A stretch of DNA of 64,000 bases, taken from positions 62,001-126,000 of the forward strand of contig NIVC01000556.1 in the NCBI GenBank assembly GCA_002269645.1, in the 5' to 3' direction. The notes beneath the pieces were generated by a model that was not told where the DNA came from, did no database searches, and was given only the letters and a program-made list of their open reading frames with translations. Position numbers and translations under genes: made by a program. How positions within the stretch are numbered: the first letter of the stretch is position 1; the number at the start of each line of letters is the position of its first letter. Shown one piece after another: positions 1 to 12,800 of this stretch. Source of the stretch: Macrostomum lignano. Taxonomy: Eukaryota.

Positions 1-16
1 GACACATTTCCATTCA

Positions 17-365
17 CACAGGTAGTCACTCTTCTAGTCACACAGGTAGTCACTCTTCTAGTCACACAGGTAGTTACTCTTCTAGTCACACAGGTAGTCA
101 CTTCTAGTCACACAGGTAGTCACTCTTCTAGTCACACAGGTAGTCACTCTTCTAGTCACTCAGGTAGTCACTCTTCTAGTCACACAGGTAGTCACTTCTA
201 GTCACACAGGTAGTCACTCTTCTAGTCACACAGGTAGTCACTCTTCTAGTCACACAGGTAGTCACTCTTCTAGTCACACAGCTAGTCACTCTTCTAGTCA
301 CACAGGTAGTCGCTCTTCTAGTCACACAGGTAGTTACTCTTCTAGTCACACAGCTAGTCACTCTT
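17..365. repeat. 24-bp minisatellite (gtcacacaggtagtcactcttcta) in the intron upstream of the first PI3K exon seen
   Basis: Direct tandem repetition with 21-bp deletion variants. Confidence 0.95.
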
Positions 366-517
366 CACGCCGCCATTAGACGCAATCCCATTTTAGACGT
401 GATTGCACACGGCTTGCACAAATATTTTCGCGTCTGTCTTGTGTGACTTCAAAATTATTCAAAAATAAAAGCTTACTAATTGATAAATGAAATATTCATA
501 TACTTATTTATGCTCAG

Positions 518-863
518 GGTCTTCGAAGTCCGCGGCCGGGTTTCCAATCCGATTCTCAGTTGCGGAACGCCGTATTGCTAACCGAATCGAATATTCGAGT
601 AGTACCCTGCACCCCAGACCCGGAGCTGTACCTGTTCTCCGAAGAGATACAGCGGATTCAACGAAACGAATGCCAGCCTAGAGACCCCGCGAATCCAGCG
701 GCCTCGTCACGGCCGGGCGGCGGCGGCGGCGGACACTTTGTCAATTCTTGCGACAATATTGGCTGCATATTTAATCACGTTAATCCTAGCGGTGTTGTAT
801 TTGTCACGGAGGTGCCCGTCACACTGCACTTTGCCGGAATTAGCTTTGATACAACTTGGAGTC
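518..863 (+). CDS. PIK3C2A: PI3K-C2 exon (first in window): pre-RBD segment and start of Ras-binding domain
   Basis: Acceptor ttatgctcag|ggt at 517/518, donor c|gtaagt at 863/864 (phase 1). Peptide GLRSPRPGFQ...DPELYLFSEEIQRIQ...VTLHFAGISFDTTWS. Confidence 0.8.
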
Positions 864-3800
864 GTAAGTTTCTACTTATTAGTATTATAGTAGGGTTTTT
901 ATACCCATTTTTAACGAGTTATAGTTCCATTCTAGTATCAAGATAAACTTGGTTAACTGCTTGATTCTAAGAATATCGATATCGATACACTTGGTTAACT
1001 GCTTGATTCTAAGAATATCGATATCGATACACTTGGTTAACTTGCTGATTCTAAGAATATCGATATCTATACACTTGGTTAACTTGCTGATTCTAAGAAT
1101 ATCGATATCGATACACTTGGTTAACTTGCTGATTCTAAGAATATCGATATCTATACACTTGGTTAACTTGCTGATTCTAAGAATATCGATATCGATACAA
1201 TTGGTTAACTTGCTAATTCTAAGAATATCGATATCGATACACTTGGTTAACTTGCTTATTCTCAGAATATCGATATCGATACACTTGGTTAACTTGCTTA
1301 TTCTCAGAATATCGATATCGATACACTTGTTAAACAGAGTGATTTTAAGAAATCGATATCTATATACTTGGTTAACTGGTTGATTCTAAGATACAAAGTA
1401 CATAATGATTAATTCATTTAATCATTGTTTACAAAATTTTATTGTCAAAGACGGAAAAGAAACATTAAATTTGTTTTCGGATTTCCTCAGTATCCAGCAA
1501 AGTTGAGGATGTCATGTTCAGCTTGCTATTCGACTCTGCACTCTCCGATCGCATAGCTAGTTTGTACGGCGAGCGGCAAATGGATGTCAATCAGTTCTTG
1601 TTGAGAATCTGCGGTCGCGACGAATATTTGAGACCGTGAGTTCGATTGTCTAATTCCCCTCCGATCTTCCCCTGTCTGATTCACCCTCCAATCTGCCCCT
1701 GTCTGATTCCCCCTCCAATCTGCCCCTGTCTGATTCCCCCTCCGATCTTCCCCTGTCTGATTCACCCTCCAATCTGCCCCTGTCTGATTCCCCCTCCAAT
1801 CTGCCCCTGTCTGATTCCCCCTCCGATCTTCCCCTGTTTGATTCACCCTCCGATCTTCCCCTGTCTGATTCCCCCTCCGATCCTCCCCTGTCTGATTCCC
1901 TCTACGATCCTCCCCTGTCTAATTCCCCCTACGATCCTCCCCTGTCTGATTCCCCCTACGATCCTCCCCTGTCTGATTCCCCCTCCGATCTTCCCCTGTC
2001 TGATTCACCCTCCAATCTGCCCCTGTCTGATTCCCCCTCCAATCTGCCCCTGTCTGATTCCCCCTCCGATCTTCCCCTGTCTGATTCACCCTCCGATCTT
2101 CCCCTGTCTGATTCCCCTCCGATCCTCCCCTGTCTGATTCCCTCTACGATCCTCCCCTGTCTGATTCCCCCTACGATCCTCCCCTGTCTGATTCCCCCTA
2201 CGATCCTCCCCTGTCTGATTCCCCCTACGATCCTCCCCTGTCTGATTCCCCCTCCAATCTGCCCCTGTCTGATTCCCCCTCCGATCTACCCCTGTCTGAT
2301 TCACCCTCCGATCTTCCCCTGTCTAATTCCCCTCCAATCCTCCCCTGTCTAATTCCCCTCCAATCCTCCCCTGTCTAATTCCCCTCCAATCCTCGCCTGT
2401 CTGAGTCCCCTTCCGATCCTCCCCTGTCTGATTCCCCTTCCAATCTGCCCCTGTCTGATTCCCCCTCCGATCTTCCCCTGTCTGATTCACCCTCCGATCT
2501 TCCCCTGTCTAATTCCCCTCCAATCCTCCCCTGTCCGATTCCCCCTACGATACTCCCCTGTCTAATTCCCCCTCCGATCCTCCCCTGTCTGATTCCCCTC
2601 CGATCTTCCCTGTCTAATTCCCCTCCAATCCTCCCCTGTCTGATTCCCCTCCAATCCTCCCCTGTCTAATTCCCTCCAATCCTCGCCTGTCTGAGTCCCT
2701 CCAATCCTCGCTTGTCTGAGTCCCTCCAATCCTTGCCTGTCTGAGTCCCCCCTCCGATCTTCCCCTGTCTGATTCCCCCTTCGATCCTCCCCTGTCTGAT
2801 TCCCTTTACGATCCTCCCCTGTCTGATTCCCCCTCCGATCCTCCCCTGTCTGATTCCCCCTACGATCCTCCCCTGTCTGATTCCCCCTCCGATCTTCCCC
2901 TGTCTGATTCCCCCTACGATCCTCCCCTGTCTGATTCCCCCTCCGATCTTCCCCTGTCTGATTTCCCCTACGATCCTCCCCTGTCTGATTCCCATCCAAT
3001 CCTCCCCTGTCTAATTCCCTCCAATCCTCGCCTGTCTGAGTCCCTCCAATCCTTGCCTGTCTGAGTCCCCCCTCCGATCTTCCCCTGTCTGATTCCCCTT
3101 CGATCCTCCCCTGTCTGATTCCCTCTACGATCCTCCCCTGTCTGATTCCCCCTCCGATCCTCCCCTGTCTGATTCCCCCTACGATCCTCCCCTGTCTGAT
3201 TCCCCCTCCGATCCTCCCCTGTCTGATTCCCCCTACGATCCTCCCCTGTCTGATTCCCCCTCCGATCTTCCCCTGTCTGATTCCCCTCTATCTTTCCTCT
3301 ATCGGGCTAAAATCACCATCAGTTGTTGTCACAAAACCCGCAGAGACGAGGCCCTGCGCAGTCACTCCGTATTCCAAGAGACCTGCCGCTGTCAACGCTA
3401 CGAATTCAGCCTGGAGCGCATCAGTGACATCCGCGATCCCAGGCGATTTCTTGGCCGGAGCAAAGAGGATCTGGAGGCCGCCTTTCACCTGCCCGCAAAG
3501 TACAGCAGTTTCAGTTGCGATGTGGACAGGTGAGGCCCAGGTGTCTTATTTTTTACACGGTCTCCCTCTTATTCCGTCTTGTCACTCTCCCTCTCATTAT
3601 GTCTTGTCACTCTCCCTCTCATTATGTCATGTCACTCTCCCTCTCATTATGTCTTGTCACTCTCCCTCTCATTATGTCTTGTCACTCTCCCTCTCATTAT
3701 GTCTTGTCACTCTCCCTCTCATTATGTCTTGTCACTCTCCCTCTCATTATGTCTTGTCACTCTCCCTCTCGTTCTTCCTTGTCACTCTTCTTCTCACTCT

Positions 3801-6800
3801 GGCTTGTCACTCTCCCTCTCATTCTGTCTTGTAACTCTACTTCTCACTCTGGCTTGTCACTCTCCCTCTCATTCTGTCTGTAACTCTACTTCTCACTCTG
3901 GCTTGTCACTCTACTCGTCACTCTGGATTGTCACACTCCCTCCCACTCTGTTATGTCACTCTCCCTCTCATTATGTCTTGTCACTCTCCCTCTCATTCTG
4001 TCTTGCCACATCTCCCTCTCGTTCTGCCTTGTCACTCTACTTCTCACTCTGGCTTGTCACTCTACTTCTCACTCTGGCTTGTCACTCTACTTCTCACTCT
4101 GGCTTGTCACTCTACTTCTCACTCTGGCTTGTCACTCTACTCACTTGGCTTGTCACTCTCCCTCTCATTCTGTCTTGTAACTCTACTTCTCACCCTGGCT
4201 TGTCACTCTACTCACTTGGCTTGTCACTCTCCCTCTCATTCTGTCTTGTAACTCTCCCTCTCGTTCTGCCCTGTCACTCTACTTCTCACTCTGGCTTGTC
4301 ACTCTCCCTCTCGTTCTGCCCTGTCACTCTACTTCTCACTCTGGCTTGTCACTCTCCCTCTCGTTCTGCCCTGTCACTCTACTTCTCACTCTGGCTTGTC
4401 ACTCTACTTGTCACTCTGGATTGTCACACTCCCTCCCACTCTGTTATGTCACTCTCCCTCTCATTCTGTCTTGTAACTCTACTTCTCACCCTGGCTTGTC
4501 ACTCTACTCATTTGGCTTGTCACTCTCCCCCTCATTCTGTCTTGTAACTCTCCCTCTCGTTCTGCCCTGTCACTCTACTTCTCACTCTGGCTTGTCACTC
4601 TCCCTCTCGTTCTGCCCTGTCACTCTACTTCCCACTCTGGCTTGTCACTCTACTTGTCACTCTGGATTGTCACACTCCCTCCCACTCTGTTATGTCACTC
4701 TCCCTCTCATTATTTCTTGTCACTCTCCATCCAACTCTGCCTTGTCACTCTCCCTTTCATTCTGTCTTGTCACTCTCCATCCCACTCCGTCCTGTCAGTC
4801 TCCCCCAAAGCAAGCAAAGCAATTCTAATCATTTCTGATGATTAATTCAGAACAATGGAGCAAGCAAGTCTACAAAAGCACACCCACCCCCGCCTACTCC
4901 AGCGCTGCAATCAGCCAGTTGTTAAACGAATTCCTGCGCCAAAAGCAGGCCCTGCTAAGCGGCCAATCGCAGGACTCCAGCCTGACCCATCTGATTCAGA
5001 TAGTCAAGTTCATCTGCACCAAATGCGGCAATCTAATTCTGCCAGATATTCTCAGATACATTAACGACATCGAGACTATCATGAAGTATCACCAGCACGA
5101 GTTGCCTAGGAATACCCTAGTTGATAAATTAGAATTGTTGCAAGAGTCGCTTCTGCAACAGGTGAATTTGTTTTGCTTCTGCTGGTCGGCTAATTATCAT
5201 TTCTGTTGCGAGGATGCGCAGCTATCGAAGATATCGACTTGGGACACGCCGTACGGCTGCTGTCAGGCCATGCAGGAGGAGCAGGCTGGCAGTTTTCACG
5301 AGTATTTTTACGTCTGCGTCAGTTCGCTGCATAGGCTGCCTGGCAACGATTCGTTAAGCTCGCGCTATTCGAAGATTAAAGTCAGCTGCGAGCTGCATCA
5401 CGGCGAGAAGAGGCTGGACGATTTGGTGTCTACAGAGGCTGCTTCGCTAGTGTGCCCTATGGAGTGCGAATCGCTTAAGTTTTACGGTGAGTTGTCTGAT
5501 GGGTTATTTATCAGTGTCTTGTGTGTATCTGTGTATCATGTATCAGTGTCCTGTGTGTCTAGGTATCATGTATCAGTGTCTTGTGTGTATATGTGTATCA
5601 TGTATCAGTGTCTTATGTGTATGTGTATCATGTATCAGTGTCTTATGTGTATATGTGTATCATGTATCAGTGTCTTATGTGTCTAGGTATCATGTATCAG
5701 TGTCTTGTGTGTCTAGGTATCATGTATCAGTGTCTTGTGTGTATCTGTGTATCATGTATCAGTGTCTTGTGTGTATCTGTATCATCTATCAGTGTCTTGT
5801 GTGTATCTGTGTATCATGTATCAGTGTCTTGTGTGTATCTGTATCATCTATCAGTGTCTTGTGTGTATCTGTGTATCATGTATCAGTGTCTTATGTGTAT
5901 CTGTATCATCTATCAGTGTCTTGTGTGTACGCTCGTATCTGTATCATCTATCAGTGTCTTGTGTGTATCTGTGTATCATGTATCAGTGTCTTGTGTGTCT
6001 ATCTATCAGTGTCTTGTGTGTCTATCTATCAGTGTCTTGTGTGTCTATCTATCAGTGTCTTGTGTGTCTATCTATCAGTGTCTTGTGTGTCTATCTATCA
6101 GTGTCTTGTGTGTCTATCTATCAGTGTCTTGTGTGTCTATCTATCAGTGTCTTGTGTGTCTAGCTATCAGTGTCTTGTGTGTCTATCTATCAGTGTATTG
6201 TGTGTCTATCTATCAGTGACTTGTGTGTCTATCTATCAGTGTCTTGTGTGTCTATCTATCAGTGTCTTGTGTGTCTATCTATCAGTGTCTTGTGTGTCTA
6301 TCTATCAGTGTCTTGTGTGTCTATCTATCAGTGTCTTGTGTGTCTATCTATCAGTGTCTTGTGTGTCTATCTATCAGTGTCTTGTGTGTCTATCTATCAG
6401 TGTCTTGTGTGTCTAGCTATCAGTGTCTTGTGTGTCTATCTATCAGTGTATTGTGTGTCTATCTATCAGTGTCTTGTGTGTCTATCTATCAGTGTCTTGT
6501 GTGTCTATCTATCAGTGTCTTGTGTGTCTATCTATCAGTGTCCTGTGTGTCTAGGTATCATGTATCAGTGTCTTGTGTGTATATGTGTATCATGTATCAG
6601 TGTCTTATGTGTATGTGTATCATGTATCAGTGTCTTATGTGTATATGTGTATCATGTATCAGTGTCTTATGTGTCTAGGTATCATGTATCAGTGTCTTAT
6701 GTGTCTAGGTATCATGTATCAGTGTCTTGTGTGTATCTGTGTATCATGTATCAGTGTCTTGTGTGTATCTGTATCATCTATCAGTGTCTTGTGTGTATCT

Positions 6801-9800
6801 GTGTATCATGTATCAGTGTCTTGTGTGTATCTGTATCATCTATCAGTGTCTTGTGTGTATCTGTGTATCATGTATCAGTGTCTTATGTGTATCTGTATCA
6901 TCTATCAGTGTCTTGTGTGTACGCTCGTATCTGTATCATCTATCAGTGTCTTGTGTGTATCTGTGTATCATGTATCAGTGTCTTGTGTGTCTATCTATCA
7001 GTGTCTTGTGTGTCTATCTATCAGTGTCTTGTGTGTCTATCTATCAGTGTCTTGTGTGTCTATCTATCAGTGTCTTGTGTGTCTATCTATCAGTGTCTTG
7101 TGTGTCTATCTATCAGTGTCTTGTGTGTCTATCTATCAGTGTCTTGTGTGTCTATCTATCAGTGTCTTGTGTGTCTATCTATCAGTGTCTTGTGTGTCTA
7201 TCTATCAGTGTCTTGTGTGTCTATCTATCAGTGTCTTGTGTGTCTATCTATCAGTGTCTTGTGTGTCTATCTATCAGTGTCTTGTGTGTCTATCTATCAG
7301 TGTATTGTGTGTCTATCTATCAGTGTCTTGTGTGTCTATCTATCAGTGTCTTGTATATCTATGTTTCATGTGTATCATGTATTAGGGTCTAGTGTACCTA
7401 GGTATCATGTATCAGTGTATCATTTATCAGTTTCTTAATTCTTAATTAATGTGCTATATGCTATACTATTTCATGTCATACTGTACATCTGCTATGTAAA
7501 ATTATTACTAATCAGTGTCATAAATGGCTTAGTATCATTGGCACCATCTCATCCATTTTGTACATTTAATCCTATTGCTGGCATTGCATGTCCCTTATAA
7601 TTAAATTCAGACTGGCGAGAGTCGGCCCAGCTCACCTTCGACCGGTCACAGGTGTCTAGCCTTCCCCGTGAAACAGTTCTATCATTCACGCTCTTCGGTC
7701 AGGTGCACAGCAGCGAGCCAACGCCGGAGACTTTCCGCAATAACGAAGCCATCGGATGGGTTCGATTGAGGCTGTTTGACGCCAAGGTGTGTCCGAAACT
7801 CCTGCCTAGCTTTCTCGTGTCTTTGTACTTATCTCATGTGTCTTTGTGCTTATCCCGCGTGTCTTTGTGCTTATCTCATGTGTCTTTGTGCTTATCCCGC
7901 GTGTCTTTGTGCTTATCCCGCGTGTCTTTGTGCTTATCTCATGTGTCTGTGCTTATCCTGCGTGTCTCTGTACTTCTCCCGCGTGTCTGTACTTATCCCG
8001 CGTGTCTTTGTCTTTATCTCGTGTGTCTTTGTGTTTTTCTTGTGAGATTAGGTGTTTAACTCGTGTGTCTCAGCTTCAATCTATATTTTTAGCGTCTATC
8101 TTGTGTCTCGTGGCGCATATCTGATGCGTCCTAGGATCTACGAATATACTAAGCGAAGCGCCAATCTTGCATTGCTATTATATATTCCCATCCCATATCC
8201 CGTCACTGATCCTAGGGAGCTCTGAAGCAGGGCTCCTATCTGCTGCCAATGTGGAACGATCGCAACAAAGCGTCCTGGAATTCAACCTGCGAGACCAACA
8301 TGTGCCACCAGGACGCCAATTCCTGCACCCTATTGCTGCACGTTCGAATGCCTAATTATCGTAGAAAAGGTGACAACCAACCGTTAAGGATTGTGTTTCC
8401 GCCTGCCGATTGGTTCTACGACTCCAAATTGTACAGCGGCGACTGGAGCGGCATGGACCCAATGACTGGCGAGGATATTGACAACTTTCATCGGATTGTT
8501 AATCGCAAGTTCACCGAGAGGTGCGTTGGCGGACTTTTCATGCAGTCGCCACCAATGTACATTCAGCTTACCGACTCGCCCAATCCCTCACCCTGAATGT
8601 ACATTCAGTTAACCAAGCCGCTCAATCCCTCACCCCCAATGTACATTCAGTTAACCAACCCGCCCACTCCCCTACCCCAATGTACATTCAGTTAACCAAG
8701 CCGCTCAATCCCTCACCCTGAATGTACATTCAGTTAACCAAGCCGCTCAATCCCTCACCCTGAATGTACATTCAGTTAACCAAGCCGCTCAATCCCTCAC
8801 CCTGAATGTACATTCATTTAACCAAGCCGCTCAATCTCTCACCCCCTATGTACATTCAGTTAACCAAGCCGCCCAATCTCTCACCCCGATGTACATTCAG
8901 TTAACCAACCCGCCCGATCCCTCACCCCCGATTTACATTCACGCAATGTACAGTCGCAAGCTCACAGCATCAACCCCATCCCGCAGCCAACTTACGGATA
9001 AAGACCGGACCATCGTGCTATCTAAGCGCAGCATATTTCTAGCTAATTTCGCCAACTCTCTACCGCAAGTGCTGCTTTCGTTTCCCAGTTACAAATCTGA
9101 TTTATTGCCGCAAATCTATCGCTGCTTAACCGCTTGGCAAGAGCGTTGGACCTCGATTGATCAGCCGGCGGACACGCCGTTGGCTCCTCTGCTTCAACTA
9201 CTCGGCCCAGAATTCGCCGATATCGAAGTTCGAGAGTTCGCCGTTCGTCACCTGTTCACCAGCTTGCAGCCGGACGAGATGGAGCGCTATCTGCCGCAGA
9301 TGACTCAAGCGTTGCTATGCCAACCGCACCTATGCTCGACTAGTCTGTTATGCCGATTGTTAATTATGTCGGTGCATTCGCCAGCTTTTGCCAGCACATT
9401 CTATTGGCAATTGAAGCTGCTATCTAACCTGGATAGTCGGCATCAGCGTAGACGGTTAACTCTAATTAGTGCCGCTCTGAGGCACCTGTGCGGCGCTTGC
9501 GTAGAAACCGAGTGGGCGCATCAGGAGCAGCTTATCGACGCTCTGGAGCCTGTGGCAGTGCGTTTGCAGACTCACAAATCTGTGGAGCAGTTCCGGGATG
9601 AACTCTGTATGAAGGTGAACTATTCCGAATACTAAGACCTATCAAAGTGCATCGTTTAAACTCTCTAGTTGAGAATCGCCTGAAGAATCCTTACTAGGAC
9701 CTGAACCTCTAGCTAAGCATCACCTGAGCTTCTAGCTAAGCATCACCTGAATCCCTAGCTAAGCATCACCTGAATCCCTAGCTAAGCATCACCTGAACCT

Positions 9801-12800
9801 CTAGCTAAGCATCACCTGAACCCTAGCTAAGCATCACCTGAACCATTAGCTAAGCATCACCTGAACCATTAGCTAAGCATCACCTGAACCATTAGCTAAG
9901 CATCACCTGAACCATTAGCTAAGCATCACCTGAGCCCTAGCTAAGCATCACCTGAACCATTAGCTAAGCATCACCTGAGCCCTAGCTAAGCATCACCTGA
10001 ACCCTAGCTAAGCATCACCTGAACCATTAGCTAAGCATCACCTGAGCCCTAGCTAAGCATCACCTGAACCCTAGCTAAGCATCACCTGAACCCTAGCTAA
10101 GCATCACCTGAACCCTAGCTAAGCATCACCTGAGCCCTAGCTAAGCATCACCTGAGCCCTAGCTAAGCATCACCTGAACCGTAGCTAATTAAGTATCACC
10201 TGAACCATTAGCTAAGCATCACCTGAACCATTAGCTAAGCATCACCTGAACCATTAGCTAAGCATCACCTGAGCCCTAGCTAAGCATCACCTGAACCATT
10301 AGCTAAGCATCACCTGAGCCCTAGCTAAGCATCACCTGAACCCTAGCTAAGCATCACCTGAACCATTAGCTAAGCATCACCTGAGCCCTAGCTAAGCATC
10401 ACCTGAACCCTAGCTAAGCATCACCTGAACCCTAGCTAAGCATCACCTGAACCCTAGCTAAACATCACCTGAGCCCTAGCTAAGCATCACCTGAGCCCTA
10501 GCTAAGCATCACCTGAACCGTAGCTAATTAAGTATCACCTGAGCCCTAGCTAAGCATCATCTGAGCCCTAGCTAAGCATCACCTAAACAATTAGCTAAGC
10601 ATCACCTGAACCCTAGCTAAGCATCACCTGAACCATTAGCTAAGCATCACCTGAACCATTAGCTAAGCATCACCTGAACCATTAGCTAAGCATCACCTAA
10701 ACAATTAGCTAAGCATCACCTGAGCCCTAGCTAAGCATCACCTGAACCATTAGCTAAGCATCACCTGAACCCTAGCTAAGCATCACCTGAACCATTAGCT
10801 AAGCATCACCTGAGCCCTAGCTAAGCATCATTGTAGTGCGCTTGTGTAAGTGCAGAAGCTGGGCTCTCATGGCCGTATATTTAAGCATATATATATACTA
10901 GTGAGCACAACGAGCTAGTGAGCACAACGTGCCACTGTTGCGTAACAGTGTGAGGGCATACACGCACGTGGGGGAAGGCTAAAGTGAGAGAGCGAAGGAG
11001 AGACCCGCAATAGCAGTGCACTACAATCACCTAAACCATTAGCTAAGCATCACCTGAACCTGAATCACCTGAATCCCAATACCTCATGATCCCCTGCACG
11101 CCGGTCCCTCAGATCCAGCCCATGCTGAGCCGGTGGTCACACTTCCGCCTGCCGCACGACATGTCGCTACTGGCCCGAAGCATTTCCATACCTCGCTGCT
11201 CGTTCTTCTCCTCGAAGACCATGCCTCTGCGCCTGGTGTTCCAGCCGTTTCACGAGTCCGACGCCCAGCAGCTTCTGTCCGTCATCTACAAGAAAGGCGA
11301 CAATCTAAGCATAGACGCCTTGTGCTTGCAGATGACCTACCTGTTCAACTTAATCTGGCGCAAAGAGGGCCTGGACCTGCGCATGCTTCTGTTCCGCGTG
11401 TTCCCCACCTCCGCCGATGCGGGATTTGTTGAATTAGTGACAGATTGTAAATCGTTGAAAAATATTCACCTCGAGTTTAAGACTTCGTTTGGCGCCGCCT
11501 GCGTCTTCGACTGGCTGAGGAAGCACAACAGGACTGAGAGCGAGCTCAGGTATGAGCTTGTAGGGATTGGAATGGGGTGTGGGACATCGGATGGGATTTC
11601 TTAGGGTGTGGGTAATCGGATGGGATTTTTTATGTGTGGGAAATCGGATGGGATTTCTTAGGGTGTGGGTAATCGGATGGGATTTTTTATGTGTGGGAAA
11701 TCGGATGGGATTTCTTAGGGTGTGGGAAATCGGATGGGATTTTTTGGGGTGTGGAAAGTTTATTAATGAGATTTTTATGTGTGGAAAATGGGATGGGATT
11801 TCTTGGGGTGTGGGAAATCGGATGGGATTTGTTGGGGTGTGGAAAGTTTAATGAGATTTCTATGTGTGGGAAATGGGATGGGATTTGTTGGGGTGTGGAA
11901 AGTTTAATGAGATTTCTATGTGTGGGAAATGGGATGGGATTTCTTGGGGTGTAGAAAATCGGATGGGATTTCTTAGGGTGTGGGAAATCGGATGGGATTT
12001 TTTATGTGTGGGAAATCGGAAGGGATTTCTTAGGGTGTGGGAAATCGGATGGGATTTCTTAGGGTGTGGGAAATCGGATGGGATTTCTTAGGGTGTGAGA
12101 AATCGGATGGGATTTCTTAGGGTGTGGGAAATCGGATGGGATTTCTTAGGGTGTGAGAAATCGGATGGGATTTTTTATGTGTGGGAAATCGGATGGGATT
12201 TCTTAGGGTGTGGGAAATCGGATGGGATTTCTTAGGGTGTGAGAAATCGGATGGGATTTTTTATGTGTGGGAAATCGGATGGGATTTCTTAGGGTGTGGG
12301 AAATCGGATGGGATTTCTTAGGGTGTGGGAAATCGGATGGGATTTCGTAGGGTGTGGGAAATCGGATGGGATTTCTTAGGGTGTGGGAAATCGGATGGGA
12401 TTTCTTAGGGTGTGGGAAATCGGATGGGATTTCTTAGGGTGTGGGAAATCGGATGGGATTTTTTGGGGTGTGGGTAATCGGATGGGACTTTTTAGGGTGT
12501 GGAAAATCGGATGGGATATTTTGTATGTCCGAACTCAATTAGGATTTTATGATTCAGTCGTTCATAACAGTCAAATTTATCCCCCTCCCATAATAATCCC
12601 ATCGCAGCTCTGCCGTCGACACATTCACGCGCTCCCTCGCCGGTTGGCTGGTCATAACCTACGTGCTGGGGGTGTGCGATCGGCACAATGACAACATCAT
12701 GCTGTGCCACACCGGCCACCTGTTCCACATCGACTTCGCCAAATTGTTGGGCGATTCCGAGAAATTTCTCGGCGTGTCTCGCGACAGAGTGCCGATGGTG

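Noticed and set aside
4838-4902. ATG at 4838 or acceptor at 4850 as the start of PI3K exon 4
   Set aside because: The acceptor at 4850 is phase-incompatible with the preceding exon. The AG at 4901-4902 restores phase and the expected spacing.
10831-11026. CACTA (En/Spm) transposon, given CACTACAA
   Set aside because: The motif is at the right end facing outward, opposite to CACTA termini.
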